A stretch of 62,264 nucleotides of DNA, the filler included, from Nemertoderma westbladi (taxonomy: Eukaryota > Animalia > Xenacoelomorpha), in NCBI GenBank assembly GCA_032718475.1. It is 3 parts of 3 records of this genome, joined end to end, with 100 filler letters (N's around TTAATTAATTAA, not from the genome) between each part and the next. Parts side by side here need not be neighbours in the genome. Positions count along the whole stretch, not along the records: positions 1 to 23,932 come from JAUCBJ010000656.1; 2 more parts are not named here. One strand, 5' to 3'. How positions within the stretch are numbered: the stretch's first letter is position 1; each line of letters begins with the position of its first letter. A program made the translations under genes and the position numbers. Of this stretch, positions 1 to 12,060 are shown one piece after another. A model generated the notes under the pieces. The model did no database searches. It had not been told where the DNA came from and saw nothing but the letters and a program-made list of their open reading frames with translations.

Positions 1-2
1 AC

Positions 3-767
3 CAACTCAACATACCAATCAATAATGACATCATACACCCCCCCAATAACACCACAAAAGACAACTACCACACAAAGTCCACTAACAAATCTACTGGCAC
101 TGGTATTTATAAAGTGAACCATAACATTATCAACTCAATTAAGCACCAAACTAACCATTGTAGTAAACTGGAGGAAAAACATCAACCATCAAATAAAACA
201 AGAACTGGTTCTAATGCTCACCGACTTGATTCTTCCCAAAGAATTGCCTCTTCGGCTAAAGATACGAGAAAGGCAACATTCACAGAATATAGATCAACAT
301 CTACTTCAAGGCATTACATAGATCACCGCGAGGGCATACTCGAGGGACTGAACACGAAGAAGCCAACTTCCTCTTTGCATTCCAATCATCACGCAGTCTA
401 CAAGCAACCACCAAATAAGTTCTCAGGACAGGACTACCCCTATGCATATCTAACTGTAAAGGGAAAGGTAAATAAAGTTAATACTCACTGCATCAAGGAT
501 TATCTTCAAGACAGGCGTATCCCTGTTCACAGAATATCTCATGTTATGTCTGACAACAACAATATATGTATGAGAGTAACCATTGACCGCGGAAACCGCA
601 CTACATTGCTTAGTCATTCCTTCTGGCCAACTGGTACACAATGTCACGAATTGATTAACTACACCACGGGAAGGTCTGGAGATAACAAATTTGATGATAT
701 AAAGAAGCAGATTTATCCGAGTCACCAATTCGAGACATTCCATCCAAATATGAGGCAGTATGTTTAA
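3..767 (+). CDS. LINE ORF1 protein, C-terminal part
   Basis: The frame is open from the window start. The C-terminus RVTI..SFWPTGTQC resembles LINE ORF1 ends. The stop overlaps the ORF2 ATG region. Confidence 0.6.
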   Translation, partial: QLNIPINNDIIHPPNNTTKDNYHTKSTNKSTGTGIYKVNHNIINSIKHQTNHCSKLEEKHQPSNKTRTGSNAHRLDSSQRIASSAKDTRKATFTEYRSTSTSRHYIDHREGILEGLNTKKPTSSLHSNHHAVYKQPPNKFSGQDYPYAYLTVKGKVNKVNTHCIKDYLQDRRIPVHRISHVMSDNNNICMRVTIDRGNRTTLLSHSFWPTGTQCHELINYTTGRSGDNKFDDIKKQIYPSHQFETFHPNMRQYV

Positions 768-3700
768 CATCAATGATAATGTAGCCCCTAACACAATAAC
801 TTTACAAGCTTGTGATGAATCGATACGGGATATACGTTTGGGAACTTTTAACTGTCATGGTTTCACTTCAAGCAGCGATGCTGTTAAAGACCTTCTCAGC
901 CAGTTGGACGTCCTCGCGCTACAGGAACATTGGTTAGACAAGCTTGAAGCTAAGGAATTACTGTTGGGGCTACATGACGACTTTGATTGTGTCTTCACTA
1001 CTAGAAATAACTCATCTACTGTAATACGTGGCGGAGTAGCATTGTTCTATAGGACTTCAGCCTTCAACAACATAACTCGATTTGACTCTAAGGATGATAT
1101 AGTTTGAATCCGTGCTAATTATTGTAACTACCAACAGCCATTTGTAGTGACATGCTGCTACTTCCCGGACACATCCAAAGACTCCACGCTCTACAATGAC
1201 CACGTTGGGCGGCTCAGTACTATTCTCCAGGTACATAGCGATTCATCACCCGTAATCCTAGCTGACACAAACACAGACTTAGGTAACCTACAAGGTCCTA
1301 GGAAATGCAAACTCAAAATAAGCAAAAGAGGCCGCCTACTTCATAATTACCTCAAAGAATCTGAGCTGGTAGCAATTGATACCTACTCTCCATTTTCCGG
1401 ACCTTGTATTACATTTCGTGGTAATGGTTTCTCATACATAGATCACATTATCACCAATCAACATATGCTCAATTGTGTAACAAAAGGGAAAGTATTTGAG
1501 CACGACTTCCAACTATATTCAGATCATGTACCAGTGGTTGCTCATTTCCACCTTGATAATGTACATGTACATGCTACATCGTCATGCCTGTTAGATTCTC
1601 ATTGTAAAACAAACCATACAATAGTTAAGCATACCACTCAACCTAGGACACTTAAAGTCAAACCACGTATTGCATGGGAAAAGGTAAATTCGACCATGCT
1701 AACTCAATATCAGGAAGAAGTTGTCAGACGACTGAAAGTAACTTATAATGTGCAACCTAGTCAATTATCACAATGGACAATTGCAGATGTTACATTCTTT
1801 GCATCAGATATTGAGAAATCCATTTATGAAGCGGCTGCCCTTCACTTACCTAAACGAACTGCAACTCGACGACATACCAAGAATCTTCGCATCAGAGCAT
1901 CTCCGAAACTAAAGAGCCGTATCAGAACCTGCAGTCAACTATATGACTTATGGAGCAATGATAACAAGAATGAGTCTAGTATTTACAAACCTGCATATAA
2001 CGAATCTCGCCGATCAATTAGACGCTTGAAAAACTTTCTTGCAAAGAGTGCACTGGCCACAAAAGTCAAAAAGGAAGCTGGACTAATGCACAATAACCCG
2101 CGGAGATTCTGGAACTACTTCAATAGCAAAGATAAGCCAATAGCTTCGGAAAAAGCTCAATCCGTTATTAAGGAAGAGATGAAAAACAATAACAATCCTG
2201 ATCTCAAACTCAAGGATGAGCTCAACATACTCAAAGCGAATATACAAGAAACCTGTACCACAACCATTCCACCCATTATTTCTCCTAGAACTGTTGAACG
2301 GGCATTGGAATCTCTAGCGCGTGGCAAACTACCAGATGCTTCCGGTCTAGTTCTAGAGCATTTATTGTGTTTAAATAAAGAAGTTGCCACGTCATTAATA
2401 GCTGACATGTTCAATGTATGTCTCAGATTAGGAGATATCCCAGTTTTGTTTGGGAATACTCTAATAACCAATATTTATAAAGGAAAGAATCGACCAGTAC
2501 TTTCATCTAGATCATATAGACCAATATCCACAATTTGCATTTTCGGAAAGATTCTCGAAGGAGTTATACTACATGAATGCTTCCCAGCCCTATACCAGCT
2601 GATACCGAAGGCTCAGCTGGCCTATCAGGCTAAGATTGGTACGGATCTTATCATAGCATCTATTCTGGAATTTTTAAACCATCAGAGACAAATCGGCCAA
2701 ACAATATACGTCTGCCAGCTCGACATACAAAGTGCCTTCGACAATGTAGATTATGTAATTTTGTTCAATGAGTTATCCAAGCATATTAATCCGCATATTT
2801 GCCTAGTGCTTATCAGCTACTACTCTCACACCGTGGGGTTTCTTAAATGCGGTGACTGTATTGACTTAGAGGGCATCAAACTCATACGTGGCATTAAACA
2901 GGGGTCCCTTCTATCCCCGATATTCTTCAATATTTATACAGGGTGCGTTTTATCCACATTTGAGACACCGGGTGACAGCTCCAACCTTATTAATCTATGG
3001 TTTCAAATAATTGCTTATGCCGACGATATTCTCATATTTGGGAAATCCATAGCAGAATTAGAACATATGATAAGTTTAGTTAATACAAAGCTTGGTGAAA
3101 TCAAACTAAATATTGAGCAATCAAAGACAATCTGGACATTCATATTGGGTAAAAATCAACCTGAAAGTTCAGTGCCACTGTTCCTCAACATTAAACAAAA
3201 CTTGATATTAGCTGATCCGTTTATCTGCTTTCTTGGCTATAAACTGCCAAGAACATCTGGTTCGCAAGTCCTCAACGAAATCGTACAGTCAACTACAAGA
3301 CTAGCCGATGCCTTTCATCGTCGTGGTTGGACTACACGTCATCTGAGTTGCCAAACTGTAGGGCACCTGTGGCGCCTTGTTGCACTACCATCACTCATAC
3401 ATTCTCTAAAGTACACGATCGGAATGATGACAAAAGAGGAATTAGAAAAACTCGATATCTCGTACAGGAAAGCGCTGCGTAGTGTCACTCACTTAGGCCC
3501 ATATGTGGACAATTTGATCATCTACAATTTATTGGACTGTCGGCCATTATCCTGTGAACTGTTTAGGCACAATCTCGGGGCAATCTTACGGATGAGAGAC
3601 TGCCCAAACGTGCTGATACAATCTTCCCTCACTTACCTCGGGCTAACCAGTAACGCGTCAAACAAATACGCTGGGATTTTTTCTACGTATGTTAAATCGA

Positions 3701-3906
3701 CACTCCATTATCCTCTGCCGAAACTCTCATCACTTTTAACCTACAGATACAGCAAAGTATCACTTTTGGGAAGAATAGATCTGAACTCTCTCACCAACCA
3801 ACAGTGCATTGCACGGAATTTTATAGTAGAATGTTACAACTCTTCATTGCCAATAACCTTGAAACATGATCGTATTCTAAATTTTTTTAATGTACATAAA
3901 CGGTAG
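760..3906 (+). pseudogene. LINE ORF2 (APE endonuclease + reverse transcriptase) with one in-frame TGA at 1105-1107
   Basis: ORFs 760-1107 and 1147-3906 share a frame. Endonuclease motifs: TFNCHG, LQEHW, GGVA, IDHI, SDH. RT motifs: YRPIS, LDIQSAFD, GIKQGSLLSP, YADD. Confidence 0.92.
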
Positions 3907-5187
3907 TGTGTCCCAGGTCCCACAAACAATAGTGTCAATAAACTGGTAGATTGTTGCCAGCGAATTATATAGTGTAACTGGTTTTTACTCGCATCGTTGT
4001 TTCTAGGGTTGTTTCCTTGGTTTTGTGTAATATTTGTACATATTTTATTTCATTTTTACTGATAATTCAATTAAATGCTAGCTTGACTAGCGCTTGCGCG
4101 CAATTGGCGCGATAAATAAATAAAATACACATTAAAGACTAAAAATATTTATTATTATGGTATTATGTATTATTATTAAGTATTATTGGTGTTCTAGTTG
4201 ATCGTTTGTACACAGTACATACACCGTGCATATATGGTACTATGCTACTTACTTGTACCGGTGTCTTATGTTGTTAGCACTCCCCCCATCTCAGAACTCA
4301 CCCCGGGAAATATAATAAGCTAACTCCCATTACAGTAGAGCTCCCCCCTTCCGATTGGCATTAGTACAGTGTGGTATGCAGGTTAACAATAAACAAAAAA
4401 TACTTACTTTAGACTACATTGCCACGGGGGGGGGGGGGGGGGGGGGGGGGGGTAGCCATGTTTCTACGTTCTACTTTGCTTCACGGGGACCGTTTGAGGG
4501 AGAGGAGGGGGAGGGGCCGGGGGGAGGGGGGGGGGGGGGGGGGGTGGCGTGAGTAGTTCTAACATGGAACACCTGCCCCGTTCTATATGATTAACATTCC
4601 CGTTTTGACATTCCGTTACTGTAGGGTAGGGCTATGGTTAGCAACACGGTGGCGCGGTGACGTATAAGGTTCTATAACTTGTACATCTACCCACATTACT
4701 TTTTCCATTTTTGAATACAATTTATTATTATGCAGTTGATAATATCGTTGTTTCATTAAGTATTGGAGAAATATATTCTCAGAGTAGACTGGGGACATTA
4801 CAGACAATGTCAATTAATTCATTAATGATATACTATAGATAACGACATTCTATGAACACAAAATAATCTGTAGGTTTCCCACATTGTTAGGCGTGTAAAT
4901 AAATATTGGACTATTGACCTCAATGTAATGTAATGAAGGAATCAGTGATATTATTAATAAATTTCAAGTAAATTGAATCATCGGCTTACTGGAATAGCGT
5001 TATCTGAATACTTAGAAATTGTAAACATTTACTCCAATAAAGTACGTATGCTTTTTGAGTTGAAGCAAAAATAGCTGTACACCAGTTAGTTACCTAGAAG
5101 TATTACTTTATTTTAAGATTCACTGACAATTCAAAAAAATGATTTCGGCTGAATATCATTTATGTATTTATTTGTTACCTCAAACAT

Positions 5188-5990
5188 TTGTAGCACGTTG
5201 TGTAGCACGTTGTGTAGCACGTTGTGTAGCACGTTGTGTAGCACATTGTGCAGCACGTTGTGTAGCACGTTGTGTAGCACGTTGGGTAGCACGTTGTGTA
5301 GCACGTTGTGTAGCACGTTGTGTAGGACGTTGTGTAGCACGTTGTGTAGCACGTTGTGTAGCACGTTGTGTAGCACGTTGTGTAGGACGTTGTGTAGCAC
5401 GTTGTGTAGCACGTTGTGTAGCACGTTGTGTAGCACGTTGTGTAGCACGTTGTGTAGCACGTTGTGTAGCACGTTGTGTAGCACGTTGTGTAGGACGTTG
5501 TGTAGCACGTTGTGTAGCACGTTGTGTAGCACGTTGTGTAGCACGTTGTGTAGCACGTTGTGTAGCACGTTGTGTAGCACGTTGTGTAGCACGTTGTGTA
5601 GCACGTTGTGTAGCACGTTGTGTAGCACGTTGTGTAGGACGTTGTGTAGCACGTTGTGTAGGACGTTGTGTAGCACGTTGTGTAGGACGTTGTGTAGCAC
5701 GTTGTGTAGCACGTTGTGTAGCACGTTGTGTAGCACGTTGTGTAGCACGTTGTGTAGCACGTTGTGTAGCACGTTGTGTAGCACGTTGTGTAGCACGTTG
5801 TGTAGCACGTTGTGTAGCACGTTGTGTAGCACGTTGTGTAGGACGTTGTGTAGCACGTTGTGTAGCACGTTGTGTAGCACGTTGTGTAGCACGTTGTGTA
5901 GCACGTTGCGTAGCACGTTGTGTAGCACGTTGTGTAGCACGTTGTGTAGCACGTTGTGTAGCACGTTGTGTAGCACGCTGTGTAGCACGT
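5188..5990. repeat. 12-bp tandem repeat (TGTGTAGCACGT)n
   Basis: Directly visible array with occasional GGACG variants. Confidence 0.98.
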
Positions 5991-6487
5991 TCTGTGTAAC
6001 ACTTTTATACCCAGGGCGTATAATTTTTGCACTTAAACAATATTACATTTTACAACGGTGCAGATTCCTCCCTTTTAAAAATGAAGCCCGTTCTTCGTAA
6101 AATAATGTTAAAATTAAGTATGAAAGTACATTCTAGAATGTGTAAAATAGTACTCAAACGATTACATAATTATTGTCGTCCCCTTTATAATGACTCGCAC
6201 ATTACTCGCTTATAAAGTTCTAGAATACACACTAGTGTTTAAACGGGAACAGACTTTTCGGGATCGGGACCGGGATCGGGATTATCACTCTTGCGATCCC
6301 GATGTTCGGGATTGCAATTTTGGATTAAATTCCTCAAAGTTAATAGTATATATAGGTGGCGGTTTTGGGTAACACTCACTTTATCTTACACTTATGAAAT
6401 ATTAGTAAGATAAACTTTATATTAAAATTATTTTGAAATTGATTACTGGATGGTTTACTGACATATAAATTCGATATAATCAATAAA

Positions 6488-8822
6488 GAAGAATGTGAAT
6501 TGATACCAACAAACAACACATTCGAAAAGAGTAAGGGGACCTTTCAATACCCTAATGGAACCAAAGCACAACTGGATTACATCCTTATAAACAAAAAGTG
6601 GAGAAATAGCATGATCAACTGCGAGGCATACAGCTCGTTCAACCTAATTGGTTCGGACCACAGAATTGTGACTGCAGAGATCAGACTCAGTTTGAGAGCC
6701 AGCAAACCCAGGACAAGCAAGCAAATCAACTATGACTGGGAGAAACTCAGAACTGACAATGCTGTAAAGGATGCTTATACAGTAGAAGTTCAAAACCGCT
6801 TTGAAGCACTTCAGTCAATGGATGAAGACCAATCCACCGATTCAATATACCAGAATATAATAACAGCCCACAAGCAATCAGCTAAGAGGCATATCCCCCA
6901 GAAACCCAAACGAAAACAGTATGTGCCATGGCAAAACTCTGAGGTTACTTGTAAGAGAGAAGATCTTAAGATAGCCTACAAAGTTAAAACCGAACAACCA
7001 ACAACCGAAAACATTAACAAGGTTGAGAAAGCTAAGGACGATCTTAAATTGGCCTACAACATCAGCCAGGAAAAGTACATACAGGATAAAACAGAAGCAA
7101 TTACAACTGCTCACATACAGCAACAATCAAGACTCACCTGGCAAACTGTAAATGAGGTATCTGGTCGGAAAAGTTGTGCAAAGGGGCGCCTCAAAGCCGA
7201 TAGTCCTGAAGAACGAGTTAGGAAGTGGAAAAACCACTTCAGCAACTTGCTTGGGCAGCCACCAAACATCGAGGTCAGCCCTACAAGGAAAATATATGAC
7301 AAGACACTACCCATAGAAACAGAGGACTTCACACCTGCCGAACTCCAAAGAAGCATTAAAAGCATGTCCAATAATAAAGCGAGTGAATTAGATGAAATCC
7401 CAGCGGAGGTATGGAAAACCGGAGCGCTAAACAGACCATTATTGAATGTTTGCAACCGGATGTTAAAAGGGGAAAAGCCACCACCAATTTGGACTAAAGG
7501 TCAACTAAAGCCTCTCCCCAAGAAAGGAGACCTCGGCATACCAACAAACTATCGCGGGATCTGTCTGCTTGTGGTAGCTGCCAAAATATACAATAAAATG
7601 ATTCTATATAGGATTAGGCCTCACATAGAGAAACTACTGCGTAAGAGCCAAAACGGATTTCGACCAAGTAGATCAACAATAGCTCAGATACTTGTACTAC
7701 GGAGACTGATTGAAGGAATTAAGTCAAAGAATCTCCCCGCAGTCATGACTTTTGTGGACTTCAAGAAGGCATTCGACTCCATCCATAGAGGTAAAATGCT
7801 TGAAATCCTAAGAGCTTATGGAATACCAGAAGTAATTGTTGCTGGCATTGGATTGTTATATTGTGACACAGAAGCGCAGGTACTCTCACCAGATGGTGAA
7901 ACTGAGTTTTTCTCAATCCTGGCTGGCGTACTGCAAGGTGACACATTAGCACCGTTACTATTTGTAATTGTGCTGGATTACGCAATGAGGACGGCCACAA
8001 AGGGTGAAGATCTGGGATTCACACTTCAAGAACGCAGAAGTAGTAGATATCCGGCAACTACAGTCACAGACACCGACTTTGCGGATGACATCGCCCTGCT
8101 CTCTAATACGCTAGCAGATGCACAGCTTCTACTAAATAAAGTGGAGAGGGCTGCTAAGGAGGTTGGATTGCATATAAATGCTACCAAGACCGAATTCATG
8201 ACCTTTAATGTTGATGGAAACTTGACAACCATTGATAATAATCAACTAAGGAAGGTCGATGACTTCCAGTACCTTGGATCATGGATAGAGAGTAGCAAAA
8301 AGGACATAGAAGTTAGGAAAGCAAAGGCTTGGGTAGCTCTATCAAAAATGGATACCATCTGGAAATCAGATCTCTCCAGGCACCTGAAGACTAAGTTCTT
8401 TCGAGCCACAGTGGAAAGTGTATTTTTATACGGGGGTGAGACCTGGACACTGACTAAATCACTTGAACAACGAATTTATGGTTGCTACACAAGACTACTA
8501 AGGGCAGCCCTAAACATCAGCTGGAGACAACACATGACAAACGCCGAGCTTTATGGTACAATACCACCTGTATCAACCACCCTCCGTGAACGCAGATTAA
8601 GATTCAGTGGGCACTGCTGGCGAAGTAAAGACGAGGTCATACCAGATCTACTTCTCTGGCAACCAACTCATGGAAAGCGTAGTCGTGGACGACCGGCCAT
8701 AACATATATAGATCAACTTGAAAGGGATACTGAACTTGGGAGAAACGAAATTGCGACAACTATGGAGAATCGGGAAGCCTGGTGTCCGAGTTCGCTCGAC
8801 CTAGTAGTAGTAGTAGTAGTAG
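6488..8822 (+). mobile_element. 5'-truncated RTE-clade LINE
   Basis: 13-bp TSD TATAATCAATAAA at 6475-6487 and 8823-8835, a (GTA)n tail, and an uninterrupted ORF. Confidence 0.93.
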
Positions 8823-8827
8823 TATAA
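6500..8827 (+). CDS. RTE endonuclease C-terminus + reverse transcriptase (N-truncated)
   Basis: QLDYIL, SDHR, NYRGI, FVDFKKAFDS, GVLQGDTLAP, FADD, FQYLGS, and the RTE-type C-terminus RLRFSGH..RGRP. Confidence 0.93.
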   Translation: MIPTNNTFEKSKGTFQYPNGTKAQLDYILINKKWRNSMINCEAYSSFNLIGSDHRIVTAEIRLSLRASKPRTSKQINYDWEKLRTDNAVKDAYTVEVQNRFEALQSMDEDQSTDSIYQNIITAHKQSAKRHIPQKPKRKQYVPWQNSEVTCKREDLKIAYKVKTEQPTTENINKVEKAKDDLKLAYNISQEKYIQDKTEAITTAHIQQQSRLTWQTVNEVSGRKSCAKGRLKADSPEERVRKWKNHFSNLLGQPPNIEVSPTRKIYDKTLPIETEDFTPAELQRSIKSMSNNKASELDEIPAEVWKTGALNRPLLNVCNRMLKGEKPPPIWTKGQLKPLPKKGDLGIPTNYRGICLLVVAAKIYNKMILYRIRPHIEKLLRKSQNGFRPSRSTIAQILVLRRLIEGIKSKNLPAVMTFVDFKKAFDSIHRGKMLEILRAYGIPEVIVAGIGLLYCDTEAQVLSPDGETEFFSILAGVLQGDTLAPLLFVIVLDYAMRTATKGEDLGFTLQERRSSRYPATTVTDTDFADDIALLSNTLADAQLLLNKVERAAKEVGLHINATKTEFMTFNVDGNLTTIDNNQLRKVDDFQYLGSWIESSKKDIEVRKAKAWVALSKMDTIWKSDLSRHLKTKFFRATVESVFLYGGETWTLTKSLEQRIYGCYTRLLRAALNISWRQHMTNAELYGTIPPVSTTLRERRLRFSGHCWRSKDEVIPDLLLWQPTHGKRSRGRPAITYIDQLERDTELGRNEIATTMENREAWCPSSLDLVVVVVVV

Positions 8828-9093
8828 TCAATAAATTTCAGTTCTGCTTGAACTATTTATTAGATATTAAAAAAATTTACTTTACTATATTTACTTCGGG
8901 ATCCCGTTCCAAAAAATTCGTGATCGGGACCGGGATTGCAATTTTCGCCGGGATCCCGGTTTTTCGGGATCGGGATCCCGTTTAAACACTACAAATAATA
9001 AATTTTTCTATAAAGTTCTTCTTTCAGTACTGCCGGTACGAATAATGGTTAAATAATCTAGTATTTTGGATTTTATTAAAACTTTCCTCTGTA

Positions 9094-9591
9094 ATGGATC
9101 TTCTAAATAAACTGAAGCGAACCTGTTCCATCCCTAACTCCCAAGTCCCTTCGACACAATGGGAGCCCTCGAGCTACTCTGTTCCCGGCGACGATTCGTA
9201 TCAATCGGAACTTCACATGCCTTACAACCAAGATGGAGATTCCAACGACATCAGTACAACTAGCGTGAGCTCGGAAGACCCAGACGAAGGAATTGGTACC
9301 GATATGTCATGCGTGACACCTCCTAGCGCTGGTAGCAAGAAGGAAGCAGCCTTCTCTTGGGAAACTGTTAGAACTTACGCCATACAGGCTAAATCTTACG
9401 ATGTGGTCAGTACCCATGACAACAACGAAAATACGGATGCTACACAAACTGTCACTCGAACTGAAAGTAACAGAGTTACAGAAGTGCGACCTAGAAGTTC
9501 TAGTTTGAAGAAGTACAAGAGATGGGTGGATAAAACCAAATCAGCTTTGATGAACGACGAAGATGTTGACTCATACGACAATTTACTTTAA
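9094..9591 (+). CDS. Hypothetical 165-aa S/T/D-rich protein
   Basis: ATG-to-TAA non-repetitive ORF, more GC-rich than its flanks, with AATAAA downstream (~9763, ~9906). No recognisable domain. Confidence 0.35.
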   Translation: MDLLNKLKRTCSIPNSQVPSTQWEPSSYSVPGDDSYQSELHMPYNQDGDSNDISTTSVSSEDPDEGIGTDMSCVTPPSAGSKKEAAFSWETVRTYAIQAKSYDVVSTHDNNENTDATQTVTRTESNRVTEVRPRSSSLKKYKRWVDKTKSALMNDEDVDSYDNLL

Positions 9592-10330
9592 AATTATTTA
9601 ACAAGTTGGATAATATGATTTCAAATTGTACTGCACCGTTATTGCCACAATTATACTGTACTATCTCTGTACTTTCTTGGACTATCTTTATTGTTGTGGG
9701 GGGGTGGGAGGGGGGGAATTGTTCGCGAAGATAAAAAGTCTCAAATTAGGTATGTAAACGCCAATAAAAAGGGAAGGGAAATATGTTTGTTGTGTTGGTT
9801 AGAAACAGAGTTATTGTTCTTTAATCTGATATTTTCCCCTAATATCCCCTCGTACATTAATTAAATTAATACACGTTGTTTGCTACCACTTTTTCAACTT
9901 TCTTCAATAAAATTTTAAATATCTCTATTATATACGTGGGATTCGCCTGTCGCCATTATAATTCATAATATTTTTAAACATATTGATATTTTAAATAAAT
10001 TGACTTAAAAATAACAAATTGGTTCATATGCAATAAGTTCGTTCAACGTTCAACAGATTAGCTGGCTTACCGAATATTAGCCAAACAGCGTGTTGGATTA
10101 TTACACATTAAGTTCAAATACTTACATTATTGAATTGCTTACAACATTTCATTGGAAATATCGAAATGGGAAATGAAAAATATTTGAGGTGGATTTTCTA
10201 CAATTTGATTATATGAATCGAAAGTCTACCTTAGTAGACGAAGGTCTACGTTGATAAAGTTCAGCAATATTTTGGAATATGCTATACGAGCTGTATGACA
10301 AAAAAAGGTGATAGAAGCAGTTAGTGTTTG

Positions 10331-10847
10331 GTGTACCACAGATGGGTTTACCACAGACGGGTGTACCTCAGATGGGTTTACCACAGACGGGTGTACCACA
10401 GATGGGTTTACCACAGACGGGTGTACCTCAGATAGGTTTACCACAGACGGGTGTACCTCAGATGGGTTTACCACAGACGGGTGTACCTCAGATGGGTTTA
10501 CCACAGACGGTTGTACCTCAGTTGGGTTTACCACAGACGGGTGTACCTCAGATGAGTGTACCACTGCGGCCGATAATGTGTTGTAAATATTCGGCAATAA
10601 ATATTTAAATTGTACCACTGTGTCCTGCAGACGGTTGTACCTCAGATGAGTGTACCACTGTGTCCTGCAGACGGTTGTACCTCAGATGAGTGTACCACTG
10701 TGTCCTGCAGACGGTTGTACCTCAGATGAGTGTACCACTGTGTCCTGCAGACGGTTGTACCTCAGATGAGTGTACCACTGTGTCCTGCAGACGGTTGTAC
10801 CTCAGATGAGTGTACCACTGTGTCCTGCAGACGGTTGTACCTCAGAT
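10331..10847. repeat. Composite minisatellite: 30-bp units (10331-10565) then 40-bp units (10611-10847) sharing CAGACGG/GTACC motifs
   Basis: Directly visible periodicity. Confidence 0.95.
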
Positions 10848-10852
10848 GGTTA

Positions 10853-12060
10853 TGCGAACTTTGTTCCAATTAAGGTAGTTCAACTGCGAACTTTGTTCCA
10901 ATGGTTGCGAACTTTGTTCCAATGGTTGCAAACTTTGTTCCAATGGTTGTGAACTTTGTTCCAATGGTTGCGAACTTTGTTCCAATGGTTGCGAACTTTG
11001 TTCCAATGGTTGCGAACTTTGTTTCAATGGTTGCGAACTTTGTTCCAATAAATGTGAAATTTGTTCCAATAGATGCGAACTTTGCTCCAATGGATGCGAG
11101 CTTTGTTCCAATAGATGCGAACATTGTTCCAATTACCTTTTTTTAATAAATTACCTTTGATATTTCAATTACATAATGATATAATTATAATAAATTGTAG
11201 GCAATATATAATAATGTTTTGGCAGTCAGGAAGCATTAGGGTACTTTTAGAAAGATAAGGAACACGTCTGTGCTAATTGGCCAGTTAAACAGACTGACAG
11301 GAATCAACATGGGGCAATATTACACTGAAGCTGTCTACCACTACTGTCTCGATTCTTAATTAATAAATATGCCGTCAGGGTCTAGCAATTTTCAAAAAGG
11401 TACGTTTAGACTTCAACCGTGTGATAATGATCAGAACCAAACTTGTCGATTCTCTGTAAAGAGAATCTAAGTAGAGTTTCAACTGAACTCTCTTAAGTGT
11501 CTACACCATACGTCTCACTCTCGGGTCTCACTAGGAAATAGTTGGTATATATTCGTTTCGTAATCGAAATATCTTGTTGTTATTCTTATGTTAGTAATTT
11601 AAACCTAAGGGGTAGGGTTCATTGGAACAAAAGTTCGAATCCTATTGGAACAAAGTTCGTAACTATTGGAACAAAGTTCGCAACTATTGGAACAAAGTTC
11701 GCAACTATTGGAACAAAGTTCGCATCCTATTGGAACAAAGTTCGCAACTATTGGAACAATGTTCGCAACTATTGGAACAAAGTTCGCAACTATTGGAACA
11801 AAGTTCGCAACTATGGGAACAAAGTTCGCAAATATTGGAACAAAGTTCGCAACTATTGGAACAATGTTCGCAACTATTGGAACAAAGTTCGCAACTATTG
11901 GAACAAAGTTCGCAACTATGGGAACAAAGTTCGCAAATATTGGAACAAAGTTCGCAACTATTGGAACAAAGTTCGCAACTATTGGAACAAAGTTCGCAAC
12001 TATGGGAACAAAGTTCGCAAATATTGGAACAAAGGTCGCAACTATTAGAACTAAGTTCGT
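10853..12060. repeat. Two inverted arrays of a 21-bp unit (10853-11132 and 11621-12060) flanking a unique spacer; foldback-like element
   Basis: The left unit GCGAACTTTGTTCCAATGGTT is the near reverse complement of the right unit TTGGAACAAAGTTCGCAACTA. Confidence 0.85.

Larger units (their letters stand above)
1..4125 (+). mobile_element. Non-LTR retrotransposon (APE-RT LINE, CR1/L2/RTEX-like group), 5' part outside window
   Basis: ORF1 overlaps the start of ORF2. ORF2 has endonuclease and RT motifs. A short 3' UTR ends in a (TAAA)n tail at ~4113-4124. Confidence 0.9.
6233..8991. mobile_element. Non-autonomous TIR DNA element (hAT-like TAG...CTA ends) interrupted by an RTE insertion
   Basis: 16-bp TIR TAGTGTTTAAACGGGA / TCCCGTTTAAACACTA with multiple subterminal CGGGAT motifs at both ends. 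No TSD seen. Confidence 0.75.

Noticed and set aside
5131-6100. Long ORFs on both strands (LHNV, CVAR, CSTL repeats)
   Set aside because: By-products of a 12-bp satellite that lacks stops in several frames.
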